Positions 40,968-54,400 of a DNA stretch of 64,000 bases are shown here, piece by piece. This stretch comes from Octopus sinensis. Taxonomy: Eukaryota. The translations under genes were made by a program, and so were the position numbers. How positions within the stretch are numbered: the first letter of the stretch is position 1; every line of letters starts with the position of its first letter. The stretch is taken from the NCBI RefSeq assembly GCF_006345805.1, contig NC_043004.1:102548001-102612000 (forward strand). Reading direction: 5' to 3'. A model generated the notes under the pieces. That model was given only the letters and a program-made list of their open reading frames with translations. It made no database searches and had not been told where the DNA came from.

Positions 40968-42268
40968 TACCGTATAGAATTGTGTAAAAGTCAGATTTTT
41001 TAGCCCATTTTTTAAGATCAAATTTATGGGGTCAACTATAACATGGCTACTACTTTTCAGAGGTTGAAATTTAAGCTAGAATCCAAAGCACTGTGTCAGC
41101 AGTTGAAGCCCAACTGATGTCTAAGCAAATAAAAACAAAAACACAGTGAATTACAGTAATACTACCAATTCTATGCATCAAAACACACGTCCTGGTAAAT
41201 AACAAAACCCATAAACAAGACTGTGTAGCTCTTATAAATTATTTACACTTTCTCTTTTATTTGAATCCATCAAACTTAACATAATTATGATACATAAATT
41301 GATTTCAGTAGGCTAGTCTGTTATGTTACCACCGGTAACATATCTACTCGGTACCGGCATGCCACTACCTACTCGGCCTGTTTCAAAAATGTTGCAGGAT
41401 GTCATGTGCAGTAAGTGTCCAGATTATGGTGTAGAGTTGTTAATCTGGAGCAGGGATGCCCAAAGTGTGTTCTGCAAAACCCCAGGGTTCCCTGAAAGTT
41501 ATCAGGGGTTCTGTGTTTTTAAAAATAATGTCGAAGGATTCCATGGCAAAAAAAAAAGTTTGAGAACTACTGATCTAGCGATTAACTAAATGTTTTTAGG
41601 TTTACAGAAGTCATGTCTCTGTACAAATTCGTACATGAATTCTGTTGTTCGCCGATAGTGCTGTCTGTGAAACACGTTTCTCTCCATGTAAACAGACAAG
41701 CGTACAACACATGTGTTTATTGTATTTGGAGATGAGGAAAATATAAAGGTCGCATGGGAACCACTGATCTAGCAATTACTTGAATGTTTTTAAACTAATC
41801 AAGGTCATGCCTTTGTATGAATTCAGACAGTGGTGTTCACCAATAGTGCTGTCTGTAAAATGCATTTCTCACCATGTAAACATGATGCATGTGTTTATTG
41901 TGCTTGAAGATGTATGCAGGCTTGCAGTATATCCTGTGCATTAATTTTAGTAATGGTGATGTAGCACTCATCAACAGATGTGTAGTGCTGGCTATTAAAT
42001 AATGTTTTACAAAAAGCACTGAGCATTCCATTATAAGCACCAAGCATTCCACCTAGAGCAGACTACTGTAAGGTAGCCACACAATTTTGTAACTATTATT
42101 TCTATATACAGGAGAATACGGTACCTTGACCCACAAATGTTGTCCTGTTGTTCATGAAATACTAGGGTCAACTTTTATATAGGATCTATGGAAAATTCTC
42201 AATTTTTTAATTAAAAATAAGGGATCGACTTTTACATGAGATTAACTATTACTTGAGTATCTATGGTA
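40968..42268. mobile_element. Possible non-autonomous pogo/Tc2-like DNA transposon remnant
   Basis: Left taccgtatagaa..tgtaaaagtca and right tcgacttttacatgag...gagtatctatggta resemble TACCGTATATACTCGAG-type terminal repeats; no transposase seen. Confidence 0.4.
41451..41572. mobile_element. hAT (Charlie-like) MITE
   Basis: Ends cagggatgcccaaagt and agtttgagaactactg; 8-bp flanks atctggag (41443-41450) and atctagcg (41573-41580) resemble the NTCTAGAN target consensus. Confidence 0.65.
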
Positions 42269-43587
42269 AATAAATTTGTTTATCGCATAAGACTTGTGTA
42301 CATTGCTAACAACAACCTGATCTGTCAGATATAGCAGTCAAATCTCCCTCATATACCTTTTTTTTTACCTTTTACATATGTCAGTCATTGGACTGCAGTC
42401 ATTTTGGGGCAACCACATTGACAGGGTTTTTGTCAAACAAATCAATCCCAACCCACCCACCTGTTTTTTTGTTTGTTTTTAGTTTGATCCTTATTGTATC
42501 TGTCACTTTTACTGAACTGCTAAGTTACAAGAATGTAAACAAACCAACACAGGTTGTCAAGTGGTGTTGGGGAACAAACAGTCTCAGCACACACCTACTT
42601 ATATATACACTCTTACAGTGGGCTTCTACATAGTTGCCATCGTCCAAATTCATTCACAAGATAGAGAATATAACCCTACTTATACAAAAAGACAAGATGG
42701 TCATGTTTGGAACACTTTTGATCACAACTTTGCTCACCCAGAGGCTGACTTGAAGCTATATAACCAGTGAAGCAGCTGTGCCTTTAACAAAATTTGATGA
42801 CAGAGCTCTGTTGAGTAAAACAAAAAAATATCTTCTTGAAAACTTGTTTTATAAAAATAATAATAATGATAATATTAAAATGGAAATGTAAAGAAAGTGG
42901 TTATATTTTTAGTGATATTTACCATATTTATGTATATACGATGCAAATAATGTTATACTAGAATCAAAGATCAAAGTTGGAGGCTCATATTTTTATATGA
43001 GGTTAAATATTTATATAACTTTTTTTTTTTTCACTAGTATCTTCAATCTTTCCTATTAACAACATCATGGCTGCTGCTTGAATTCTCAATAACTCAAAAC
43101 TGTTTATAGTTTGGTTTATTTTATTAAAGTTTAATTTGGTATTTAATTTATAGAACATAATATGCTACCATTTGGTTGTCATATTTTTGGAACTATGTAT
43201 TTGTTGTTTATATTAAAGTATAGAAAAAAAAAAAAAATTTACTAATCAATATGGCAAGACGTCTTAAGTGCAATTTATTCTCTGAACATTTCTATTTTTC
43301 TATCACCATTCATTCTTCTACATTTACTTAGTGTTTTTTTTATTTATTTATTAATTAATTTATTTTTTGTCAGTGCTGTTTCAGCAAATACGATGCTGTC
43401 TTTGCTTTGTGAAAAAACATCAAAATATTATTATCTAATGACCAGGCACAACCATGGCTGTGTGGTAAAAAGGTTGCTTCCCAGCCACATGGTTCCAGGT
43501 TCAGTTCCACTCCATGGCATCTTGGGAAAGTGTCTTCTACAATAGCCAAAGGTTGATGCAAACTAAAAGAAGCCTGCCATATATCTT

Positions 43588-43920
43588 CATCATCATCATT
43601 TTTTAACGTCCGTTTTCCGCACTAGCACGGGTTGGACGGTTCGACCGGGGTCTGGGAAGCCAGGGGCTGCACCAGGCTCCAATCTGATCTGGCAGTGTTT
43701 CTACAGCTGGATGCCCTTCCTAACGCCAACCACTCCTCGAGTGTAGTGGGTGCTTTTTATGTGCCACCAGCACAGGTGCCAGGGGAGTCTGGCATCGGCC
43801 ACGATCGGTTGGTGCTTTCAACGTGCCACCGGCACATAAGCCAGCCAAGGCGGCGCTGGCATCGGCCACATTCGGATGGTGCTTTTTATGTGCCACCGGC
43901 ACAGGTATCACAACTACTAT
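43588..43920 (-). mobile_element. VNTR retroposon B2 nested in a SINE (~43441-44160)
   Basis: Very similar to 37866-38266; preceded by a family-A-type head and followed by (TA)n and a different SINE tail. Confidence 0.85.
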
Positions 43921-43926
43921 TACTAT

Positions 43927-43961
<35 letters not shown>

Positions 43962-44306
43962 AATGTGTGTGTGTGTATTGCTCTCTCCTTTCCTTGAATT
44001 TGTGTGACAGTATCCTTCATCTCCAGTCTTCCATGTGAAATATTTGGTCATGGGGAAATATTTCCTTACTTGGATATAAAGTGAGAGTTGGCGACAGGAA
44101 AGGCATCCAGCAATAGAAAAACTGCTAGAGTAAGTTCCATTTGATTCATGCAAGTGGATGGAAAACTATTTTGACTATTGTTTCTTCTTCACGGTATAAT
44201 TTTTTCTTGTGACTTTTGAATGTTATATGCTTTATGTTAACACAAAGTTCAATGAACTACATTTAACAGGAGCTTATATACAAGCATACAGTCCTATCAA
44301 AATGAG

Positions 44307-44340
<34 letters not shown>

Positions 44341-44628
44341 TACATCTGTATATCATACTTAATACAGATATACTGTAAAATGTTGGAAACTGCAAGATAT
44401 ATCTCAAGAAAGTATCTTGTGTGAATGTATACATCTACATGAGATGCTTTCTTGAGATGAATATGATGCACAGAATGCTGTGTGGTAAGAAACTTGTTTC
44501 CCAACTGCATGGTTCTGGGTTCAGTCCCACTGCGTAGCACCTTGGGCAAATGACTTCTACTATGGCCTTGTGAATGGATCTGGTAGACAGAAACTGAAAG
44601 AAACCCATCATGTGTGTGTGTGTGTGTG

Positions 44629-44668
<40 letters not shown>

Positions 44669-45109
44669 GATTTACATCTCCATAACCCAGCAGTTCAGCA
44701 AAAGAGACTAATTGAATAAGTGCTAGGCTTAAGAAATGAGTCCTGGGGGAAATTTGTTCAACTAAAACTTCAGAGTGGTGCTCCAGCATGGCCGCAGTCA
44801 ACCGAGTGAAATACATAAAAGAATATATACATACATAAATACACTTATACATACATACACACACACACATGTGCAATCAGAATTGGACCATGCAATAACT
44901 ATTGCAAATCATTTTTGGAAACTAAAAAAAACTCATATAACCTTTTATCCCATGTCAAAAATTTGCTTATATACTAAAGTGTTAGTCATTGACCCTCACA
45001 TTCAAAAACATTCATGCATGCTTGTATTGTGTTTCTTTTTCTTTTTCGTTTTTCTTTAATCTTTAGTCATGAAATAAAATTACATTTTTTGTTCTGCTTC
45101 ATTTACCAG

Positions 45110-45152
45110 GGTCAATCGCAGGTCTCGAGAATCCACATTACAAAATCGAAAA
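45110..45152 (+). CDS. RNF220: 43-nt internal coding exon of RNF220-like gene
   Basis: Acceptor gttctgcttcatttaccag| and donor |gtaagt. Phase 2 in, phase 0 out, which bridges the 27153-27279 and 55202-55282 exons in frame; encodes (R)VNRRSRESTLQNRK. Confidence 0.75.
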
Positions 45153-45775
45153 GTAAGTGGTTTTTTTTTTCAAAACTTTCCTTCTTTGCCATTTTTATAG
45201 ATTAATTTTTTTTTTTTGAATGCTGAATATGTATTTTGCACATACACACAAATATATGATGGTTGTCCAAGGAAGACTGCTGACCATTATTAAGAATATT
45301 ATACACTCAGACAAATACATATATATATATACACACATGTACATATATAGTGGGGGTAGGGCATATAATTACTCCACTTTTTCAAATACTTCCCTCCACT
45401 TAGTCATGAGGGCTTTTCTCGTGTCCTCCTTTTTTTCCTGTCTTGTAAATTACTTGACAACCCCACTAGTGCCTGTGCACAAGAAAAGCACCCACTACAC
45501 TTTGTAAAGTGGTTGGCACTAGGTAGGGCATCCAACCATAGGAACCATGCCAAAGCTGACATGGAACACAAATGCATCCCTGTGGCTCACTGTCAAACCA
45601 AGGCCTATAAATTTCGACCCATACATCATTATTTGATAAAACTCCTACATAACCTTTGATTTGGTTAGAGAAACCACTTATAGAAATAACAACTTTTCCA
45701 GTTAATTTTCCATTAATTGAATCTATCTTCACTTCATGTCTCAGTCATTGCCTCTCCTGCAGTAGATTACACAAT

Positions 45776-46162
45776 GAATGGAAGCACTCCGTCGGTTCCG
45801 ACGACAAGGGTTCCAGTTGATCCGATCAACGGAACAGCTTGCTCGTGAAATTAACGTGTAAGTTGCTGAGCACTCCACAGACACATGTACCCTTAACGTA
45901 GTTCTCGGGGATATTCAGCGTGACACAGAGAGTGACAAGGCCGGCCCTTTGAAATACAGGTACAACAGAAACAGGAAGTAAGAGTGAGAGAAAGTTGTGG
46001 TGAAAGAGTACAGCAGGGATCACCACCATCCCCTGCCGGAGCTGCGTGGAGCTTTAGGTGTTTTCGCTCAATAAACACTCACAACGCCCGGCCTGGGAAT
46101 CGAAACTGCGATCCTACGACCGCGAGTCTGCTGCCCTAACCATTGGGCCATTGCGCCTCCAC
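45776..46162 (-). mobile_element. Young full-length tRNA(Arg)-derived SINE with a 12-bp TSD
   Basis: Minus-strand head GGCGCAATGGCCCAATGGTTAGGGCAGCAGACTCGCGGTCGTAGGATCGCAGTTTCGATTCCC (A/B boxes, tRNA-Arg-like). Perfect TSD AGATTACACAAT at 45764-45775 and 46163-46174; CpG-rich. Confidence 0.85.
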
Positions 46163-46406
46163 AGATTACACAATACTGCTCACATATTCCCCATTGAATT
46201 GACTGTTGCTTTAGTTGTTGGTATTGCATTTGGTTATATGCATGTTTGGATTACTCCTCATCCTTTGGTTAGGTTTTTATATATATGTGTATGTACTACA
46301 TGATTCTGAGTTTGGCAACCATCTTATACCATAGCCCCAGAACAATCAATGCCTTTCCAGTAGATTTAGTTGACAGAAACTGAAAAAAGTTCATTCTTCA
46401 TATACA

Positions 46407-46572
46407 TGGCGTAGGAGTGTCTGTGTCGTAAGTAGCTTGCTAACCAACCACATGGTTCCGGGTTCAGTCCCACTGCGTGGCATCTTGGGCAAGTGTCTTC
46501 TGCTATAGCCCCGGGCCAACCAATGCCTTGTGAGTGGATTTGGTAGATGGAAACTGAAAGAAGCCCGTCGTA

Positions 46573-46610
<38 letters not shown>

Positions 46611-46823
46611 CGTGTATGTTTGTGTGTCTGTGTTTGTCCCCCTAGCATTGCTTGACAACCGATGCTGGTGTGTTTACGTCCCCGTCACTTAACGGTTCAG
46701 CAAAAAGAGACCGATCGAATAAGTACTGGGCTTACAAATAATAAGTCCCGGGGTCGATTTGCTCGACTAAAGGCGGTGCTCCAGCATGGCCGCAGTCAAA
46801 TGACTGAAACAAGTAAAAGAGAG
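46407..46823 (+). mobile_element. SINE family A, young copy
   Basis: Full head-microsatellite-tail structure with CpGs retained. Confidence 0.85.
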
Positions 46824-48581
46824 TATGTGTGTGTTAAATATTTTTTTTTAAAGCCAAAACAGTGCAAGTTATAAAAGATTAATAATAATACAGGTCAATG
46901 GTAGTACCTTGTATTTCAGTTTTAGGACCCCTTCAAGAAATTTACAGAGAAATGGTATTGCTAACTAATTTTTCTGTTCTGTAGTATGTGTGTATGAAGG
47001 TATATGTATGCGTGTGAATGTGTTTGTGTATGCTTGTCTCTCTTGGTCTTGACATCGTGTGACAATTGTAAATGAGTGTCCCCGTCATACAGTGTCATTC
47101 ATTTCCAGTATTTTGGAAATAGATGAGGATTGGTGGCAGGAAAGGCATGCAGCCATAGAAACTTTACCTCAATAAATTCCAACCTACCCTTGCAAGCTTG
47201 TAAAAGTGGGCATTAAAAAAGCAATGGTATATTATAGTTCCTTTTTGTCATCATTATCGTCTTTAGTGTCTGTTTTTCTATGCTCGCATGGGTTGGATGG
47301 CTCAACCTGAGCTGGCTAGCCAGAAGGCTGCATCAGGCTTCGCTATCTGTCTTGGCGTGGTTTTTGTGGCTGGATGCCCTTCCTAACCCCATCACCTACA
47401 GAGTGGACTGTACTTTTTTTTTTTTTTTTACATAGCACCAGCACTGGTGAGATCAGTTTTGGTGCTAGTGCCATGTAAAACAAATTTTTTTAACATACAT
47501 CGTTTTGGCTTCAGAAAAAATATTTAAAACATACACACATACAGTTTATATATTATGTATCTCTCCTACATTTGACTTGCTACTGAGGTTAAAATGAACA
47601 GGATTTTTATCAAGCAATATGTGGTACTTGTGCTCAGGTGAGAAATGATACCTGATTTGCACTTGGAAGTTCCTTTCAATCTTTGTCTCCCACATTTCTT
47701 ACAGTGACTTGAATTAGGTAATGATTTTTTTTTTTTGTCCCTGAGCAACAGATTTATTTTTACTTTGGGACACTTGGTGCCTAGTTTGACATTCTCTATC
47801 TATAAGCTAGATTCTTGCTTTGGTTCTTATAAGGTTGGTCACTTTCTGGTGTGCATGTATGTGTGTATATCATCATCATCATCATCATATATCTACTTTC
47901 CATGTTTGCATGATGGTTTCATGCTGTACTCAGGATTTGTTTGTCTGGTATGTTTTTCCTTGCAAGCATGGGTTGGACAAATACATATTGAGGCATTATT
48001 TTCAGCCGTATTCCTTTCCTGTCTCTAACCTTTACTTGTTTTGTTTTTTTTTTATTCCATTTGTCTTCAAAAGCACAGAGCTTGTGGATAATTTTGTTGT
48101 CAGGGAATGTCAAAAACTACACCATTTTTAGCTCAGTGCTTTCATGTCACATGTAAAATGTAAGCCTTTGCCCTGACATATGACAGCTTCCATATGGTTT
48201 CCACATATTATCTTCTGTGGCTCAGAAACGCACTAAGATGTACTCTTTGTTTATTCATGTTTACCAAGCATTGGCTTCAATGTGTTTGTGTGTGTGTGTT
48301 ATTTAGTTCTTCATATACTTTAACATGATTATCAAAGTGCTAAGTAGATGTTTCAGTTATTTTCAATAAGATTTAGAGACAGATTAAGTCAGCAGCTTTT
48401 ATATATTCTCATAATATTTTTACCTCCTTCCAGTTATTACTCAAGTGAATTTGCCAAAATTAATTACCTACCTATGTGTGAAATTTTAATGTCATCTATC
48501 TACTTAATTGCTGTTTCTTTAGCATATGTCTAATTTTCTTTTTTTCATCATCGTCATCATCGTTCTTATTATTATTATTAT

Positions 48582-48616
<35 letters not shown>

Positions 48617-49007
48617 TTTTTGTGTTATCAGTTATTTGAGTAGCAGCAGTTCAAACCATACTGTTTTGTATGTTCATTTTGTCACTTCTTAATATTTTCA
48701 GGATATTGAAAATCGTTGAATAGTCTTCTGTGAATGTGATATTTCTTAAGTTCTAGCCAACATTTGTGTATATGATGGTGGTGGTGGTGGTGGATGGTTT
48801 AGCTTTTTTGTTCTCTCTTCTTCTGGCTCTCTATTTTTATTTCTTCTTTTTTTTTTTTGGTGGGGGGGGTTTCCTCTTTTACTTGTTCCTTTTCCTTTTC
48901 TTACTTTATTATCGTTTTGATTATTATTTTATGTAATGAAGATATCAAGTTGATCAAAACAATATTTGGCTGATTGAATATTTTCCTTTGCATTCAATTT
49001 TTGACAG

Positions 49008-49161
49008 GGTCAGTTATGACTTTTCATTTCCCTTGCGGCACTACTATACATACCAGTATAAAAATAATGATAGGGTTGTTAATAGCAACTACACTTTCCT
49101 CCTCGTCATCATAAAAATTATTATTAAAAGTAGTAATGTTCAGTGTTACTCTTCACCAAGC
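49008..49161 (+). other. Candidate alternative, poison or micro-exon of the RNF220-like gene
   Basis: Acceptor ctgat...ttttcctttgcattcaatttttgacag|GGTCA and donor AGC|gtaagt. 154 nt, open in the same phase (2 to 0) as exon 45110-45152; an internal cag at 49141-49143 would give an 18-nt in-frame CYSSPS microexon. No homology support. Confidence 0.22.
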
Positions 49162-49975
49162 GTAAGTCTCTGTAATGTAATGAATATATTTGTTTTTAAT
49201 ATATGGAACAGTTAGTTTAAAACAGTGTGAATGTACATTAGTGGGACCACCAAAATGTGTGATTTGATATTGGGAGCAGGAGGATTGGAGAGCTGTTTTC
49301 TATTTGGTTTGAACATTTATAGCTATTATTGATATGTTACAGTGACACAAGGCAATAATCAATAAAATCAACTCCAGAACAAGACTCCTATGTATTTTGC
49401 CAACCTTGGATAATGAAGGCAAAGTTGACCTCCATTATAAAGGGATATGACTTGCATTTTGCTGGACTCTCTTGATTCTGCCATCCTCCACCACCCTCAC
49501 AGGGCCTTCAAATTTGTTGTAGAGAGATGTTGAAGGGTACATGGCTGGTAATTATTTTGTCAAGTCTGCTAGAATATGAAAGCAAAAACCCTGTCCCTAG
49601 TTGAAGCTGAATTGAGAACAAAAAAAAAAAATATGTAACTAGATACTGGAATACAGCACTCTGCTGTTTTTGTCATTCCACTGCTGTTATTGATAACTGC
49701 TATTGAGGTGAAGTAAAATATTTTATTGATGTCATATGGTAATATCATTGATTATCACATGGATTTATTAGATATGAATAGATGATGTACAGCCGCTAGT
49801 TGATGAAATATGCCTGAAGCAATGGATTTTTTTAGATCTCTAGTCTGAGGATACCTTGATGCACTGCTTCCTATTGCAGTGATCCATAAGACATAGTTTC
49901 TCTGTCTCACCCACTTGTCTTGAAGAACAACTCCAAAAGGTCACAAGTACTGCCTTATCTGCTCATATCAATTCA

Positions 49976-50170
49976 TTAACCCTTTTGACCAAACTTCTTA
50001 TTTTAAAGTAACCAAAATTTTAAAATTCCATTGAAATTTCATGTTAATTTATGACCTAAGCCCCATCATACTAATGACAAAGCTATTTTTACCAAATACT
50101 TAATTACTGTAGAAATTAATTGAGCCAAAGTCAGTGCATTTCCACTGAAATTTGTTAACAAAAGGGGTAA
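49976..50170. mobile_element. piggyBac-type MITE family 1 copy
   Basis: ttaacccttttg...ttaacaaaaggggtaa termini; interior resembles 11968-12166. Confidence 0.65.
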
Positions 50171-51310
50171 TGAGAGAATAAGTTCAAACTCTGTTCAAAA
50201 TGTATTATATCTCTTGTTAAAGCATATAAATTATTAAGTCTCAGAATAGATAGTAGTCTTAGTTTACAATCTAGTGTTATTGCTATTTGGGAATACAAAA
50301 CAGATGTCTAAATTTTTATCATCTGCTTCAAAGAATTGCTATTAGTGGAAAGACTTCTTGTTAGAGACTTCTGAAACTCTCCTGGGGGAATCTGTCCATT
50401 TTGATAACTCTTTAATGCTTAGAATATTTTCATGGTACTACCATAATATTGCTACAACAAATAGAAGACCAGAAAAACTGTAAGAAATGATTGACTTCAA
50501 TTGAAGTCAGATAAGTCACTATTTAATAGCCAGAAATTGTTGCCGTTTAGTCCAGTGGAGAGAACTAGTTCCTCTTATTTGTATACTAGATTCTGATGTT
50601 ATCAATGTATTTTAATTTTCAGACTGAATTTCTGTAAGGGTTTGTAAATAGGGCAAGAAAATTCCCCACTCCTAGTGAGTTACCACCATCATCATCATCA
50701 TTTAATATCTGTTTTCCATGCTGGCATGGGTTGGATATTTTGTTGGGATCTGGTGAGCTGCAGGACTGTCTTGAGCTCCAATGCCAGCTTTGGCATGATT
50801 TCTGTGGTTGGATGCCCTTCCTACAGTGTGTACTGAGTGCTTTTTCATGCCATTGGCACTAGTGAGGGTTACCAAGCAGCTTGCAAGATGGGAAAAGAAC
50901 AGGAAAATGTACCCCTACACTCAGTGATGGTGCAGAAAGTGATTTTATGTCAGGCGTTGAGAAGTTAAAGTATGACAGAAGGACAAGCACGGGTGTCTTG
51001 CTGTTGAGAAAATACTTGGCTACTCTGCATTATATAAAGGTGGAAGTAGCTGGAATGAAAATAAGCTTGATAGTGATGGGATGCCAGAACAAACTCTTAA
51101 GCTCTAAGCATGAAGCACTGGACAGAGTATTTAGTATGGCGCCTAAGGAATGAGGTATAAGTATAGTATTGGATGGAAGTGGTAGAAGGGGCTCACTTAC
51201 TAATTCACTAAGCAGTCACCTCTTTAATACCTGCACAAGGACATAGCATTAGTGTGCTAGTGGTTAGATCTTTGCCCCATCAATCAAGATGCAGGTTTTA
51301 ATTTTTTTTC

Positions 51311-51483
51311 TACACTTGCGGAGTGGTTGGCGTTAGGAAGGGCATCCAGCTGTAGAAACTCTGCCAGATCAGACTGGAGCCTGGTGCAGCCCCTGGCTTC
51401 CCAGACCCCGGTCGAACCGTCCAACCTGTGCTAGCGTGGAAAACGGATGTTAAACGATGATGATGATGATGATGATGATGATG
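51311..51483 (+). mobile_element. 5'-truncated B2 retroposon (older B copies at ~1-365+, ~25805-25990-, ~45460-45630+, ~47245-47460-, ~50688-50880-, ~52085-52210-)
   Basis: Body plus a long (GAT)n tail; matches the reverse complement of 37866-38020. Confidence 0.8.
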
Positions 51484-54400
51484 AAGGAACCCACTGTTTT
51501 TAGAATATTTGTGTATCAGCTCCACTGTGAGCAATATATTAACATCGGCCAGAGTTGAAGTATTTTCAGTCCTTGAAGAACAACTTAGCCTCCAGTAACA
51601 GACCAAGTAACACATTTTAAATGTTTTTAATCACAAGTGAAATGAAAGAAAACAAATGCTGGTGATAAACATATTCAGAATGAAACAATTGATTTATGCT
51701 TCTTTTACTAATGTCAATAGATGGCTAAGATCACTTAAAGCAAACTTAAATTGTTCATTTGATGAGAGTATAATGCGTCTGTATGTCACTAGTTTCTGTT
51801 TAAACACAAAGCTATTTTCTCACCATCTTTTATCTACTTCATGTGTGTAAGGGAGAGGTGAGAGAAAGTAAGAGTCAGAAGATGTCATGGGAGGAATTTT
51901 TGGCTCAGATAAATGCACTGTTATTTGATGCTGTTAATTTAAGGAGGCTTTTACTAGCTATCATCTAAAGAGCAAGGTGAGTGATAGATGAGCTTGAAAT
52001 ATCTGAATAAATATGAAACTCTTCAATGAAAATGTATTGCTGTGTGTCCTGGTAATTAATAACTGGTTTAGCATCCTTTTTTTTTTTCTTCTTCTTCTCC
52101 TCCATGTTGGCATGGGTTGGAAAGGTTTGCCAGAAAGCATATTGTCACTTGTCTCAACCTTTTATGGTTTACTGGATGCTTTTTTTGTGGCACCAGCACC
52201 TGTGCAATCACCAAGAACCTCGTAAGACGAGACCCCTCAACTGCTACCTGCTCTGTTAATTTCTTCTGACAGCAAATGCTACTTTTTTTTATCCAACAAT
52301 AATCTATCAGTCTCATCACATGACTAGCACAGTCTTGTCTCTCTCTCTCTCTTTCTCTCTTTGTACATCACCTGATACTGTCACTGTCCATTCTAGTGTC
52401 TCAATTCACTTGTGTTCCACTTAACATCAAGTTATATCATGTAATGATAAATTGATTAGAAAACTATTTAGCGGCAGCTGACCGTCTGTCATTGAAATGA
52501 TTCTTTGAAGATATAAAAGCTGTTAAGATCATTAAAAACAAGTAACTCAGCAAGTTCTATGTGAGAACAACTTCTTCAAACATTACTTTTACTGTTTTTT
52601 TAATATCTTAGTCAAAGGAGGAGGAGGAGCTCCTGCACACTGGTGTACGGAAACCACTACTTTTCAGTGCATTGCTAAATATTTTTTTGTTCCTATTTTT
52701 CATAATGGCTTGGTCTGGAGAGAAAGGGCAGCACCGTTACATTTTTCAAAGGAACTGAGATTGGTAGCGGGGTGGGGGGTGGGGGAAGTTACCTTCAAAC
52801 TGGAAATTGGGCTCATATTCTTGCAACACTGAAGACTTGACTTAACATCTAAAGAGCAGGTGGCTGTGTTAAACTGGGAGAGAGATTTGGTCTACCATCC
52901 AAAATCTGAAAGAACTGTCCCACCAACTGTCTTCTACACAGCTTCCCTCACAAGGCTGTGGTCGTAAACACTTATCTAAAGCACCTGCAATGAGACTGAA
53001 CTTGAAGCCAAGTAATAGTGAGGCTAACTTCTTAACTACATAGCAATGTCTGTGCCTTAACTATAGTCTAGCCCTTATACCTTCAGAGACCTGTCTATAC
53101 TATTGACTTGTGGTATACTGGAACAATATTTGTGATGTCACAACATGTGAATAGTATTTTGATTTCAAATGTTTTGTTGTAGTCATTATCTTTTTTTTTT
53201 TTTTTTTTTTTTTAAAGTTAATCAGGAGAAGAAAGAAGTTGTACCTATATCATTTATAGACCCTTCCAGACAGATGAGATTAGAGTTGATGTTTAGCCCG
53301 ACTCTCTTTATGTTCATGTTTATAGGAAAAATAAAGACAGAGAGTTAATTTTAGATTAGATTTCTGTAAATGAAATACTGGGGATAAGGAGTTTAGTGCA
53401 AGGTTTGGGAAATAAGTCATAATAAGGTGAGATGGGATATAGAGAGATCGAATAGGTGGACCTGGATAGAGAGGATGTGCTGTAAGGTGGCTCTGTGGCT
53501 ACAGGCTATTGTAGTCAAGACAGAAGAGACATGCCCAGCCAGAGCCTAACAAAAGCGAATATAAGAGTACTTGTTCACACACACATATACAATAGTCTTC
53601 TTTCAGTTTCAGTCTGTCAAGTCCATTCGCAAGGCCTTGGTTGGCCCAGGCCTCCAGTGAAAGGTCCTTGCCCAAAATACTGTGCAGTGGGACTGAATCT
53701 AAATGCATATGATAGAGGAGCAAACTTCTTACGCACCAGCCATGCCTGTACTTATGAATGTATACACATATACACACACGTTTTAATTTACAAGAAGGAG
53801 GTGAAACTACTTAATGCATAGAATTTAATCATTTACTTAAAACTGAAACTTTCATCATCATTCTGAGTGTCTTGTTTCTGTTTTACATTACTTTCAGTAT
53901 GCGTGTGTGTGTGTAATAGTTTAAACATTTTCTTCAGATTTATTTTGGTATAGTCAGTGTCTTACTACACTGCGTTTTGGCTACAGGTAAAGTTTTGGCT
54001 GCAGGCAAGTTGTTATGACAAGTCATAACTTGCCTGAAAACCCTGTGTAGAATACATTTGTCCAAGGAGCCACATGGTGGAACTGAACTCAAAATCATGT
54101 CATCTAGAAACAAACTTCTTCCTACACTACAATGCCTGCACCTATGTATATGCATTTTTTTTTATGTGATTTTAGAAATCAAAATTTTGTTTTCCTTGCA
54201 TGAAGTTGGTATTTACACCTGAGTATCCTTACTAACATTACCACCAAATCATGGAATAAGGATGGCCATTATTTTTAACTAGCTTTATTTAGCTGTGAGA
54301 TCTGCTTTGACTAATGTCAGTATAGTTTCACACTAAAAATACTCAATCATTATACTTTTTATAGACATAAGTATTTATATACATGTATGTATATATCAGT

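Noticed and set aside
46090-46162. tRNA-Arg gene
   Set aside because: It is the head of a SINE with a TSD; the acceptor and anticodon stems do not pair properly.
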